A stretch of DNA of 64,000 bases from an uncultured Acidobacteriota bacterium (GCA_963838265.1 CAWIQN010000009.1:220487-284486), one strand, 5' to 3'. Positions 19,291-28,995 are shown, numbered from the stretch's first letter. The notes: a model not told the origin generated them from the sequence alone. Numbers and translations are program-made.

Positions 19291-20571
19291 ATGCGTCCGG
19301 AAACCGCGGAGTTTCTTAAGCAACGCGCGCTGGGGATACTGTTTGTGGTTAGCAACCCAGCTTCGGTAGAGGTGTGTCTGCAACAGCTGGAGGGAGCGCG
19401 ATTCGCGGCGCGGGCGGACATCGTGGTGACGCTGGCGGAGTGCACGGAAAAGCTTCACGCGCAATCGTATGACCTGGTGGTGGCGGAGTATCCCAACGCG
19501 AGCTGGAGCGGAGCGCGGGATTTGAAGCTGCTGCATCAGGTGGTGCAGGAGATTCCGTTGCTTTTTTTTGTGACCGCCGGCGGAAGCGAAGCGATCGAGG
19601 AATTGACCGCGCACGGGGCATTCGATCACCTGGAGCGGGCGCATGTGGCGCAACTGCCGATGGCGGTGCGGCGGATCCTAAATGAGCGGAGGCTGCGGAG
19701 CGAATTGGAAGAGGCGGAGAAAGCGCTGCAGCATTCGCAATCGCGCTATCGCGCGCTGGTGGACAATCCGGCGTACGGGATCCTGCGTTGCGACGCGGGA
19801 GGGAAATTTCTTGACGTTAACGATGCGCTGGTGACGATGCTGGGGTACCCGAGCAAGGAGGAGCTGGTGGCGGCAAGCCAGGCTTTGGCAAGCCGCTTCG
19901 ATCTGGGGCTGGTGATGCCGTTTGGAAGTCCGCTACAGAAGAAGCGAATCGAGGCCGTGGAAGTAGCGTGGGAACGGAAAAACGGCACGATTTTGCGGGC
20001 GAAGTTGAGCGGACGTGGAGTCCACGCGGAAGCCGGGCAATTGCTGAGGTACGAGGTAATTGTCGTGGACATTACGGAACAGCGAGAACTGGAGACGCAG
20101 CTGCGGCGACAGGCCTCGAGCGATCCGTTGACAGGGTTGGCGAATCGCCGCAGCCTGTTTGAATCGCTGCACGGCGAGATCTGCCGATGCCAGCGTACGA
20201 GGCGGGAGTTTTCGTTCGTAATGCTGGATCTGGATGGATTGAAGGATATCAACGATCGATTCGGGCATCTAGCTGGGGATCGGGCGTTGTGCAGGCTGGC
20301 GGACATTCTGAAAGACTGTTCGCGATCGGTGGACGTGCTGGCGCGGCAGGGTGGGGATGAGTTCGGTTTAATGCTGCCGGAGACGGATGTGGCGTCGGCG
20401 GAGATTGTGGTCCGGCGGATTGGCATGCTCCTGGCGAAAGATATAGAGGAGCCGGGGATTTCGGTGAGTTTTGGGATTGCGGGATTTCCGGCGGATGGAG
20501 AGGCGATTGCCACGCTGATCCATGCGGCGGACGTGGCGCTTTATGCGATGAAGGGGAGGCGGTTGAAGTAG
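19291..20571 (+). CDS. Diguanylate cyclase (degenerate REC - PAS - GGDEF)
   Basis: SDPLTGLANRR, LDLDGLKDINDRFGHLAGD, RSVD I-site, intact GGDEF; PAS starts YRALVDN; REC has E in place of the phospho-D. Confidence 0.88.
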   Translation: MRPETAEFLKQRALGILFVVSNPASVEVCLQQLEGARFAARADIVVTLAECTEKLHAQSYDLVVAEYPNASWSGARDLKLLHQVVQEIPLLFFVTAGGSEAIEELTAHGAFDHLERAHVAQLPMAVRRILNERRLRSELEEAEKALQHSQSRYRALVDNPAYGILRCDAGGKFLDVNDALVTMLGYPSKEELVAASQALASRFDLGLVMPFGSPLQKKRIEAVEVAWERKNGTILRAKLSGRGVHAEAGQLLRYEVIVVDITEQRELETQLRRQASSDPLTGLANRRSLFESLHGEICRCQRTRREFSFVMLDLDGLKDINDRFGHLAGDRALCRLADILKDCSRSVDVLARQGGDEFGLMLPETDVASAEIVVRRIGMLLAKDIEEPGISVSFGIAGFPADGEAIATLIHAADVALYAMKGRRLK

Positions 20572-20634
20572 GGAGGGTGGGGGCGCGAAGGGTTGTTAGC
20601 GATTGCAATGGGTTGCTGAAGACCTGCAGCTTCG

Positions 20635-20689
20635 GGGGCTAAAGCCCGGTGGTTTCCAGGTGGTTCATGTCGGAGCTGAAAGCTCCGAC
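20635..20689. repeat. REP-like palindrome pair
   Basis: GGGCTAAAGCCC and GTCGGAGCTGAAAGCTCCGAC between convergent genes. Confidence 0.6.
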
Positions 20690-20706
20690 ACACAAAGCTC
20701 AGATCT

Positions 20707-21204
20707 TCAGAAGGAGTCTTCGATTACGGTGCCGTGCTTGCGGCGTTTCCATTCGTAGCGGGCTTCGCGGAGTTGCAGAGCGTAGGCGGCGGTGGGAGTT
20801 TCGCCAAGGGTACTTTCGGCGGCGTACAGATAGTGAGAAACGACCCCGAAGCGGAGGAGTACGGAGTCGTCCATTTTGGCGATACGGGCGCGCAAGCACT
20901 TGATATCGGCGGGGGATTGCGAGGCGCAGTCGTTTAAGGATGGCTCGATTTTGGAGGCGATGTAGAACCGTTCGGCTTTGTCGAGGCTGGCCATCAGAAA
21001 ATCGATGGCTAAGTCACAGGATTTGATGGTGTATTGCTCTTGCCGCTGCAGGTCTTGCGGCAGAATTTCGCACAGGCGCTGCGCTTCCAGGCGGCGCAAG
21101 AGAATTTCGACCAGTAGAGATTCCGTTGGCACGGGGGACACCTGCAACAGAACCGCAGTGGTACGTCTGTTTGGGGCGGAGTCTAGCAAGGTGTCACGAA
21201 ACAT
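20707..21204 (-). CDS. Hypothetical protein
   Basis: 165-aa ORF with a helical C-terminus (LRARIAKMDDSVLLRFG...QLREARYEWKRR); no family recognised with confidence. Confidence 0.55.
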   Translation of the reverse strand: MFRDTLLDSAPNRRTTAVLLQVSPVPTESLLVEILLRRLEAQRLCEILPQDLQRQEQYTIKSCDLAIDFLMASLDKAERFYIASKIEPSLNDCASQSPADIKCLRARIAKMDDSVLLRFGVVSHYLYAAESTLGETPTAAYALQLREARYEWKRRKHGTVIEDSF

Positions 21205-21284
21205 GTCAAATGGTATTTAGACTGGTTCCATTAGTAATAGCAGTAAATATATAGGACGGCAGCATAAGAGAATTGTCATTGTTC

Positions 21285-21313
21285 TTGACAATGCGAAGAT
21301 GGCTTTATATAAA
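21285..21313 (+). promoter_or_regulatory. Near-consensus sigma70 promoter
   Basis: TTGACA-17 bp-TATAAA. Confidence 0.65.
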
Positions 21314-21428
21314 TCTAACGTATTTGTTCCCTCCATTAATTTTCTGTGACTTTTTCAGCAGTGATCCGAGGCCAGAATTCCGGGCAAACCGTCCGGCCGT
21401 GTCTCTAACTTTACTTGGGAGTAGAACG

Positions 21429-21719
21429 ATGAAAGCAAGAATGAGGGTAAGCAGCTTTAAACCGCAGTCATTGAAGGTGGCTACGGCGGCCTCAGAAGTG
21501 GCCCGGGTAACGGGCCAGGATATCACCGTGGATCTATTCTCGCCGCAACGTAGGTGTACGCGCTGCGCGCACAAAGCGGACGTGTTTATTGGGCCGAGGA
21601 ACGTGTGCGCGTCATGCTGGGTGGAGCTGGTGACGCGGTACGCAGGCGTGGGCGCGCGAGAGTTGCGCGCGGAACTGCCGGCGATCAAGGCGGCGCTGAC
21701 GAGCCCTTCAGCGGCATAG
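21429..21719 (+). CDS. Small hypothetical protein with two CxxC motifs
   Basis: CTRC...CASC; GGAG upstream of ATG 21429; downstream of the consensus promoter. Confidence 0.5.
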   Translation: MKARMRVSSFKPQSLKVATAASEVARVTGQDITVDLFSPQRRCTRCAHKADVFIGPRNVCASCWVELVTRYAGVGARELRAELPAIKAALTSPSAA

Positions 21720-21803
21720 AGTCGGCGGCATGGCGTTGGGTGGCTAAGGTGCGCGAAAGCGCACAGCCAGGAATGGCTGTGCCACGAGACTGTGCCGCTA
21801 GAC

Positions 21804-22226
21804 TCAACGGCGGCTGCAGATGGCGCGGGCGTTGTCGATCAACGATGAGAAATCACTGGTCATGGCGAAGACTGCGTCGACGCCATGAAGAAGGGCTTCC
21901 TTTTCCGATTGCATGGTAGGGTTGTCGGTGACAAGGAAAAGTGGTGTCTCCGGTGTGGATAATTTTAGAGCTGCGATGTTGGCAAGGAGTGCTGGAGAAA
22001 TGGGAGCTTCCAGAATGAGCAGCTGGGGACGGAACGATCGCCACAATGTGGTTACATCGGAGTTGTTTTCATCACTGACAGATACTTGGAAATCGATTTC
22101 GGATTTTAAAGCTTCAGCGAGCTTCTGGCAGAACACAGGATCACGGCAAATGGCGAGCACGCGGGGCAAATCAGACCTCCGCAAAATGGCTGGCCTAGGC
22201 TCTAGCTTCAGGGCAGGGTTAATCAC
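21804..22226 (-). CDS. Stand-alone degenerate receiver-domain protein
   Basis: REC-like pattern (VLAIC..., RPQLLILE, TPLFLVT, ALLHGVDAVF) lacking the acidic pocket, phospho-Asp and Lys. Confidence 0.6.
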   Translation of the reverse strand: MINPALKLEPRPAILRRSDLPRVLAICRDPVFCQKLAEALKSEIDFQVSVSDENNSDVTTLWRSFRPQLLILEAPISPALLANIAALKLSTPETPLFLVTDNPTMQSEKEALLHGVDAVFAMTSDFSSLIDNARAICSRR

Positions 22227-22408
22227 CTAACTAGCAATTAGATGTAACGTTATGTGATGAGGTTAGTTATAGCAATGGAGGATTTCCCTGATATCGTCAT
22301 AGGGGATTCCCCGTAGCGACGATCATGAACCGGGAATAGGTGTTCTCCGACGCGGCGAGTTGCGGAAATAGCATGTATTGAAGATAACGGTCCGTGGAAA
22401 TGAAAGAT

Positions 22409-22609
22409 TTAAGGTAGCAGAGAGGGAGTTAGCTCTTGCTCGCTACGAACTCCCTCGCAGATGCGGTTCTCGTCTGGGACCTCCACTCTGAGGATTCCGC
22501 CATGAAGACGGGCGAAATGCTCGACGAGGAGCCTGCCACGGCCGAAGAGCTCGACGAGGTTCACGCGGTTGGTGAAGCCGTCAGAATAGATGTAGCGAAG
22601 AACGATCAT
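22409..22609 (-). CDS. Possible small hypothetical protein (66 aa)
   Basis: GGAG 9 nt upstream of ATG 22609 (MIVLRYIYSDG...); no recognised family. Confidence 0.3.
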   Translation of the reverse strand: MIVLRYIYSDGFTNRVNLVELFGRGRLLVEHFARLHGGILRVEVPDENRICEGVRSEQELTPSLLP

Positions 22610-22888
22610 TAGACACAACTCCAGCGATTTATCGGCAGTCAAGCGACGGAACCGACAAAATCGAGCGAAGAAGCTGTCTTCGTAAGATTTTGAGAATTGG
22701 GCCTGGTGACTTGATTCAATACATACGCCTAAGAGACGAAGGGGGCTAGAGCCTTTTACGTACCCAGAGTATGTATCGAGCGGAGTGCCATTCTGGCGCT
22801 GACCGTACAATTGTGAACAAACGGCAAAGGCAGTTTGCGGAGACGACTTTCACGCAGGCGCTCAAGTGCGCCAAAAAAAGCACGGGGT

Positions 22889-22911
22889 GCGGGTCTGAAG
22901 ACCCGCGCTAC
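22889..22911 (-). repeat. GTAG-type REP palindrome (TGAA-loop class)
   Basis: GCGGGTCTGAAGACCCGCGCTAC. Confidence 0.7.
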
Positions 22912-23018
22912 GAAAGACTACTGGAGCTGGATTGCTTGCGTTGCGCGTGAGGCGGGCGTACGATGCGAAGTTGTGTTTGGGCTGAAATTTTGGGCTGTGC
23001 GCAGGAGAATGCGACGCG

Positions 23019-24320
23019 ATGAAATCCGTGGTGGTGGTGGGCGCACAGTGGGGCGATGAGGGGAAGGGCAAGGTTGTCGATTATCTGGCGGGGTCGTTTG
23101 ACTATATTGCCCGGGTGGCGGGCGGGCACAACGCCGGGCATACGGTCATTATCGGAGATACGAAGTATGTTTTGCAGCTGATCCCCTGCGGGATCTTGCG
23201 GCCGACGCAGCATGCCGTGATCGGGACGGGCGTGGTGGTGGATCCCGCGGCGCTGGTGGCGGAGATTGAGACGCTGGCGAAGGCGGGAATCAGCGTCAAG
23301 GGGCGGCTGCACATCAGTAATCGCGCGCATTTGATTTTTCCGTATCATCGCGAATTGGATAAAGCGGCGGAAGGCGCGCGCGGGGCGGATAAAATCGGGA
23401 CGACCTCGCGGGGAATTGGTCCGGCGTACGAGGACAAGATGGCGCGGCGCGGGTTGCGCATGTGCGATTTGCTGGAGCCGGAACTGTTTCGCAAAAAGGC
23501 CGCGCACGTGGTGGCGGAGAAAAACCGGCTGGCGAAGGGCGCGTATGGCGCGGACATTGATTTTTCGCACGAAGTGGAAGAGACGCTGAAGGCCGGGGAG
23601 AAAATCCGCGAGTACATTTGCGATACCGCGGAGATGGTGAATCACGCGCTGGATACGGGGAAATCGGTGCTGTTTGAGGGCGCGCAGGGGACGATGCTGG
23701 ATATTGATCACGGGACGTACCCGTTTGTGACGTCGTCCAGCGCGATTTCTGGCGGGGCGACTACCGGAGTGGGCGTGCCGCCGACGAAGATTAAACATGT
23801 ACTGGGGATTTCCAAGGCGTATACCACGCGGGTAGGGAGCGGGCCATTTCCCACGGAGATGCCGGACCTGGATGCGGCGGAGTTGCGGAAGCGCGGGAAA
23901 GAGTTTGGGGCGGTGACGGGGCGTCCGCGGCGGTGCGGTTGGTTGGATTTGGCGATGCTGCGGTATTCGAAGATGATCAACGGGATCGATTCGCTGGTGA
24001 TTACGAAACTGGATGTGTTTGATACGCAGCGGGAGATACAGGTCTGCGTGGGGTACAAGTACAAAGGTTTACCACTGCACGAGATGCCGGCACTGGCGGA
24101 GGAGTACGAGCACGTGGTGCCGGAGTATAAGACGATGCCGGGATGGATGGAGTCGTCGACGTACGGGGTGAAGGATGGGGCGAAGTTGCCGCGGACGGCT
24201 ACGGATTACTTGAGATTTATTTCGGATTTTTTGCAGGTGGAGATTGGGATGATTTCTACCGGGCCGGAGCGGGATGCGACGATTGTGCCGGAGGGGACGT
24301 TGTTTGCGCGGTGGTTGTGA
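23019..24320 (+). CDS. purA: Adenylosuccinate synthetase
   Basis: GAQWGDEGKGK, GGHNAGHT, EGAQG, GTYPFVTSS, TGRPRRCGW, KLDV. Confidence 0.97.
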   Translation: MKSVVVVGAQWGDEGKGKVVDYLAGSFDYIARVAGGHNAGHTVIIGDTKYVLQLIPCGILRPTQHAVIGTGVVVDPAALVAEIETLAKAGISVKGRLHISNRAHLIFPYHRELDKAAEGARGADKIGTTSRGIGPAYEDKMARRGLRMCDLLEPELFRKKAAHVVAEKNRLAKGAYGADIDFSHEVEETLKAGEKIREYICDTAEMVNHALDTGKSVLFEGAQGTMLDIDHGTYPFVTSSSAISGGATTGVGVPPTKIKHVLGISKAYTTRVGSGPFPTEMPDLDAAELRKRGKEFGAVTGRPRRCGWLDLAMLRYSKMINGIDSLVITKLDVFDTQREIQVCVGYKYKGLPLHEMPALAEEYEHVVPEYKTMPGWMESSTYGVKDGAKLPRTATDYLRFISDFLQVEIGMISTGPERDATIVPEGTLFARWL

Positions 24321-24452
24321 GAGATAGCGGGAAGCAAAGGATGTAGAGGAAGTAGAGGACGTAGAGGAACGGAAGCATTGCGGGGTGGGATTCGCTGCTG
24401 AGTTGGATGTGCCGCTGATTTGGATTTACTGCTGTTGCGAAAGTCAAAAGAA

Positions 24453-24475
24453 CGGGTCTGAAGACCCGCCACTAC
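24453..24475 (-). repeat. GTAG-type REP palindrome (TGAA-loop class)
   Basis: CGGGTCTGAAGACCCGCCACTAC. Confidence 0.7.
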
Positions 24476-24481
24476 TTCTTC

Positions 24482-25726
24482 ATGATTAGTTACCAGACGG
24501 CGCGGCGGATTATTTGCGAACAACTTGGGAAGGTTGGGGCGGGCGCGGCCGGCGTCGAAGAGGTGTCGCTGGCGGAGGCTGCGGGGCGGGTGCTGGCGCG
24601 GGATGTGGCGGCGGATCGGGATTATCCGCCGTTTGCGCGGTCGGCGCGGGATGGGTATGCGGTGCGGTCGGCGGAGATGCGCGAGGGGGCGGCGCTGACT
24701 TGCGTAGGAGAGATTAAGGCTGGGGATGCTCCGCCGGCGCTGGGTGGCGGCGCGATTTGCTTGCAGATTATGACCGGGGCGGCGGTGCCTTCGGGCGCGG
24801 ACGCGGTGGTGATGATTGAGCATACCGAGCGCGTTGGCGACGTGGTGCGTTTTTCGCGTAGAGCGGTGGCGGGGCAGAACGTGATACCGCAGGGTAGCGA
24901 AGCTAAGAGCGGGCAGATCGTGCTGAGCGCCGGGATGCGCGTGGGTTATGCGGAGTTGGCGCAGGCGGCGCAGGTTGGGGCGGCGGAGTTGCGATGCGCG
25001 CGGCGGCCGCGCGTGGCGATCTTGTCGACGGGCGATGAGATTGTGCCGTTCACGCAAGCGCCCGGAGCGTATCAGATTCGGAATAGCAATGCGGTGTCGC
25101 TGGCGGCGCAGGTGCGCGCGGCGGGCGGCGAGCCCGTGATGCTGGGGCACGCGGTGGATCGCGAGGAGGAGTTGCGGGAGAAGATTGCTGCTGGGTTGCG
25201 CGAAGATATTTTGGTGCTTTCCGGCGGTGTGTCGATGGGGAAATACGATTTAGTGGAAGCGGTGTTGCGCTCGATGGGGGCGGAGTTTTTTTTCGATGCG
25301 GTGGCGATACGACCGGGGAGGCCCGCGGTGTTTGCGGTGTGTCAGGGTAAGCCGGTGTTTGGGCTGCCGGGTAATCCGGTGTCGACCATGGTGACGTTTG
25401 AGCTTTTTGTAGTGCCGGCGATTGATTTGCGGAGCGGGGCTGGGGCGCGGGCGCTGCCGTTTGTGGAAGTGGTGCTGGGTGAAGATTTGCGGGAGAAGCC
25501 GGGGATGACGCACTTTTTGCCGGCGCGGGTGGAGTGGGAGGAAGCTGCGGCTGAATCCGCAGGATCTGCGAGCGGGATTGGTAGAGTTCGGGCGCTGAAG
25601 TGGCAGGGGTCTGGAGATATTGGGGCGATGGTGCAGGCGAACTGTTATTTGGTGGTGGCGGCGGAGTTGTCGCGTGTGGCGGCGGGAAGTCGGGTGCCGA
25701 TTTTGTTGCGGGGCGATGTGGTGTGA
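24482..25726 (+). CDS. moeA: Molybdopterin molybdotransferase
   Basis: SARDGYAV, IMTGA, STGDE, SGGVSMG, RPGRP, GLPGNPVS. Confidence 0.93.
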   Translation: MISYQTARRIICEQLGKVGAGAAGVEEVSLAEAAGRVLARDVAADRDYPPFARSARDGYAVRSAEMREGAALTCVGEIKAGDAPPALGGGAICLQIMTGAAVPSGADAVVMIEHTERVGDVVRFSRRAVAGQNVIPQGSEAKSGQIVLSAGMRVGYAELAQAAQVGAAELRCARRPRVAILSTGDEIVPFTQAPGAYQIRNSNAVSLAAQVRAAGGEPVMLGHAVDREEELREKIAAGLREDILVLSGGVSMGKYDLVEAVLRSMGAEFFFDAVAIRPGRPAVFAVCQGKPVFGLPGNPVSTMVTFELFVVPAIDLRSGAGARALPFVEVVLGEDLREKPGMTHFLPARVEWEEAAAESAGSASGIGRVRALKWQGSGDIGAMVQANCYLVVAAELSRVAAGSRVPILLRGDVV

Positions 25727-25826
25727 GTTGGCGGGAACGGAAGCAAAGATAACGCAGAGACGCAGAGTTCTCAGAGGAAACGCAGAGAGAGACAAGAAAG
25801 ATAGAGAAGGACAGAGAGAGAAGCGA

Positions 25827-26363
25827 TTGAAGAGGCTATCGCATTACGGGGACGGCGGGCAGGTGGCGATGGTGGATGTTTCGGCCAAAGGGGTGACTAC
25901 GCGCACTGCGGTGGCCGAAGGATTTGTGAAGATGAAGCCGGGGGTGGTGCGGGCGGTGCGGCGGCTGAAGAATCCCAAGGGGGATCCGCTGGAAGTGGCG
26001 CGAATTGCGGGAATTGCGGCTTGCAAGAGGACGGCGGAGTGGATACCTCTTTGTCATCCTTTGCCGCTGACGCACATTGCTGTGACTGCACGGCTATGCC
26101 AAAATGGCGTGTTGCTGCGTTCCAGCGTCACAACGGCGGCCCAGACCGGCGTTGAAATGGAAGCGCTGGTGGCCGTCAGCGCGGCCGCCCTCACGGTCTA
26201 CGACATGTGCAAGGCTCTCGATAAAAGCATGGAAATCACGGACATCGTGCTGGTTGAGAAGACCGGTGGGAAAAGCGGAGATTATGTCCGCAAGGTGAAG
26301 CCGCGAGCGAAGAGTTCGGCACGTTCGGCAAGTTCTTCAAGTTCCACAAGGCGCGGGCGATGA
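25827..26363 (+). CDS. moaC: Cyclic pyranopterin monophosphate synthase
   Basis: LSHY..MVDVSAK, IPLCHPL, TGVEMEAL, YDMCKA, KTGGKSG. Start set at TTG 25827. Confidence 0.93.
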   Translation: MKRLSHYGDGGQVAMVDVSAKGVTTRTAVAEGFVKMKPGVVRAVRRLKNPKGDPLEVARIAGIAACKRTAEWIPLCHPLPLTHIAVTARLCQNGVLLRSSVTTAAQTGVEMEALVAVSAAALTVYDMCKALDKSMEITDIVLVEKTGGKSGDYVRKVKPRAKSSARSASSSSSTRRGR

Positions 26364-27124
26364 GCGCCGCTTCCAAGAGCGGCATCACGCTGCTGGTGGC
26401 GGACGATAACCCACTGGTGCGCAACCTGATTGTTAAGGGGCTCGAGGGCGCGTGTGAGGTGGCCATCGCCGCGGACGGGGCCGATGCGCTGCTGCGGGTG
26501 ATTGACGACCCGCCGGATGCGATTCTTTGCGATTACAAAATGCCCGGGCTGGACGGCCGACAGCTGTTTGAGAAGCTGCGCGGGCGGGAAGCTACGCGGC
26601 ACATACCGTTCTTGTTCATGGCCAGCCGCGCGGATATTGAAGAGCGGCTGCGGCCCATGGTGGACGGCGTGGAAGAGTTCATCACCAAACCGTTCCTGGT
26701 GAAGGACCTGGTGCGCGTCACGAAAAAGGTGTTGGACCGGCTGCATCTGGAAAAATTGCAGAAGCACGCGTCGCGGCCGGGTGTAATTCAAGGGCGGCTG
26801 GAAGAGATGAGCATGATCGACTTGATGCAATCGCTGGAGATGGGGCAGAAATCCTGCCGGCTGATTGTGCAGAATCAGGGCGAACGAGCGGAGCTTTATT
26901 TTGCCAGCGGGCAATGCCGGGACGCGAAGGGCGCCGGGTTGGAAGGGGACGAGGCGGTTTACAAAGTCTTGCTTTGGACTGCGGGCGAATTTGAAATTGA
27001 TTTCAACGCGGCGAATGGCTCGACGCGCACCACCACCACGAGGAATACCACTGGTCTGTTGATGGAAGCGATGCGGTTGATGGACGAGGCCAGCCAAAGG
27101 GCCGACGCCGTGGAGACGCAGTAG
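26360..27124 (+). CDS. Response regulator with DUF4388 (PATAN-like) output domain
   Basis: Intact REC (ADD, D in LCDYKMPG, KPF) plus QGRLEEMSMIDLMQSLE...GEFEIDF...TTGLLMEAMRLMDE. Confidence 0.8.
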   Translation: MSAASKSGITLLVADDNPLVRNLIVKGLEGACEVAIAADGADALLRVIDDPPDAILCDYKMPGLDGRQLFEKLRGREATRHIPFLFMASRADIEERLRPMVDGVEEFITKPFLVKDLVRVTKKVLDRLHLEKLQKHASRPGVIQGRLEEMSMIDLMQSLEMGQKSCRLIVQNQGERAELYFASGQCRDAKGAGLEGDEAVYKVLLWTAGEFEIDFNAANGSTRTTTTRNTTGLLMEAMRLMDEASQRADAVETQ

Positions 27125-27146
27125 ATCCCTGACGACCGTTTTCCCC

Positions 27147-27623
27147 ATGCGCATAGGTGTAGTCACGATTAGCGATAGCGTTGCGAAAGGCGAACGCGAA
27201 GACGCGTCTGGCCCGGCGGTGGTGGCGGTGTGCCGAGGGCTTGGATGGGAGATTATTTCCGAGGATGTTCTGTCGGATGATTTGACGGGCATCAGCGAAC
27301 ATTTGCGGGCGCTGGCGCATGCGAATCGCGTGGATGTGATCTTGACCACAGGCGGGACGGGCTTAGGTCCGCGAGACAATGCGCCGGAAGCCACGCAAGC
27401 TATTGCCGAGCGCATCATTCCTGGAATTGGCGAAGAGATGCGGCGAGCGGGTCGCGAGAAGGTTCCGACGGCGGTGCTTTCACGGGCGATTGCGGCTAGC
27501 GCAGGCAAGACGCTGATTGTGAATTTGCCGGGGAGTCCCAAGGGTGCGGCGGAATCGCTCGACGCGATTGCGCATTTGTTGCCGCATGCGGTGCACGTGT
27601 TGCATGGGGCGCGCCACGACTAG
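27147..27623 (+). CDS. Molybdopterin adenylyltransferase (MogA/MoaB family)
   Basis: TISDS, TTGGTG, RDNAPEA, SRA, NLPGSP. Confidence 0.9.
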   Translation: MRIGVVTISDSVAKGEREDASGPAVVAVCRGLGWEIISEDVLSDDLTGISEHLRALAHANRVDVILTTGGTGLGPRDNAPEATQAIAERIIPGIGEEMRRAGREKVPTAVLSRAIAASAGKTLIVNLPGSPKGAAESLDAIAHLLPHAVHVLHGARHD

Positions 27624-27735
27624 GCTGATCCAGACGTGCATCCAGGCTGTGCTCCGGCGATAAGCTTAGGCGGCGTGGGAGATTTGTGAAACTTGGATTG
27701 ACCGCGCGGCGGTTCGCGTCAACAATGTCTGCACC

Positions 27736-28563
27736 ATGACGAAAAAACTTTCAGACAAAAAATTGGCGGTGCTTGGCGCTGGGAAGCTTGGCGGGATACT
27801 GCTGCGGGCCTATTTGCGGCAGGGATTATTCCTGGCGAAGAATGTGTCGGCTAGCGTGAAGCATGCGGAAAAGGCCGCGGCGCTGGGGAAAGAGCTGGGA
27901 ATTGCGGCGTCCGCGGATAATCGCAAAGCGGTGCGCGGCGCGGACATTGTACTGCTGGGGGTGAAGCCGCAGGTGGTCGGCGAGGTGTTGAAAGAGGTCG
28001 CTGAGGAGCTTAGTGAAGATACTTTGGTGATCTCAGTGGCGGCTTCCGTGCCGACCAGTTATATCGAACAGCGCGCGGGAGCGAAGGTGCCGGTGGTGCG
28101 GGCGATGCCGAATACGCCCGCTACCGTTGGGTGCGGAATGACCGGGATTTGCCGCGGAGCACACGCGGGGCGGGAGCATTTGGAGACGGCGCAGGCGATG
28201 TTTGACGCGGTGGGGCGGACGGTGGTGGTGGACGAGAAAAATATGGATGCGGTTACCGGGCTTTCGGCGAGCGGGCCGGCATTTGCTTACATTATTTTGG
28301 AGTCGCTGGCGGAGGCTGGGGTGAAGGTGGGGCTGCCGCGGGATGTGTCTACGTTGCTGGCGGCGCAGACGATGAAGGGTGCGGCTAGCGTGGTGCTGGA
28401 GACGGGGGAGCATCCGGCACAGCTGAAGGATGCGGTGACTACGCCTGCGGGGTGCACGATTGACGGGATTATGGAATTGGAAGAGGGGAAGTTGCGGGTG
28501 ACGTTGATTAAGGCAGTGGTGAAGGCTACGCAGCGGGCTTCGGAGTTGTTGTTTGAGAAATAG
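27736..28563 (+). CDS. proC: Pyrroline-5-carboxylate reductase
   Basis: GAGKLG, VKPQ, RAMPNTP, SASGPAF, VTTPAGCT. Confidence 0.94.
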   Translation: MTKKLSDKKLAVLGAGKLGGILLRAYLRQGLFLAKNVSASVKHAEKAAALGKELGIAASADNRKAVRGADIVLLGVKPQVVGEVLKEVAEELSEDTLVISVAASVPTSYIEQRAGAKVPVVRAMPNTPATVGCGMTGICRGAHAGREHLETAQAMFDAVGRTVVVDEKNMDAVTGLSASGPAFAYIILESLAEAGVKVGLPRDVSTLLAAQTMKGAASVVLETGEHPAQLKDAVTTPAGCTIDGIMELEEGKLRVTLIKAVVKATQRASELLFEK

Positions 28564-28625
28564 GAACGTTCTCTTTTGTCGCGCTTTGAAAATTAAAACA
28601 TAAAAAGAAATCGATGACGGCGTAC

Positions 28626-28663
28626 GCCCGGGCGAGCTGGGACACGGCATGCCGTGCCCCTAT
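28626..28663 (-). repeat. Degenerate REP, extended class
   Basis: The reverse complement resembles 48308-48347 (palindrome followed by CAGCT(C/T)GCCCGGGC). Confidence 0.6.
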
Positions 28664-28733
28664 GAAGACTAGTCGCGAAATTTGTTTCGTTGGTTGTGCA
28701 ACCTGTATGCTTGGTTCGCGAGGCCACCGCGGG

Positions 28734-28979
28734 ATGCTCCCTGAAGATCAGCCTGTAGGAAAGCAATCAGCATCCAGTGCGAAGGCACGGCAGGCTACGC
28801 ACCAGTCTGCGATGGCTTTGGAGCTGCCTTTCGTGCTCATCGGCACGATTGTGCTTGGCGCGGCGCTCGGTTTTTTTCTGGATCGCTGGCTGCATACTAA
28901 ACCAATATTGACTTTTGTGCTGGCCGGGTTGGGTGTTATAGGCGGCATTCGGGAAATCATTCGACGCGTGCCCGGCTAG
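28734..28979 (+). CDS. AtpZ/AtpI family protein
   Basis: MALELPFVL...GFFLDRWLHTKP; first gene of the F0 block. Confidence 0.8.
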   Translation: MLPEDQPVGKQSASSAKARQATHQSAMALELPFVLIGTIVLGAALGFFLDRWLHTKPILTFVLAGLGVIGGIREIIRRVPG

Positions 28980-28995
28980 CCGTTTGGGGAAAGCC

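Noticed and set aside
26282-27541. Long antisense or alternate-frame ORFs (e.g. 26282-27541, 41007-42335, 16195-17142, 42946-43950)
   Set aside because: They are shadows of well-supported genes in high-GC DNA and carry no recognisable motifs.
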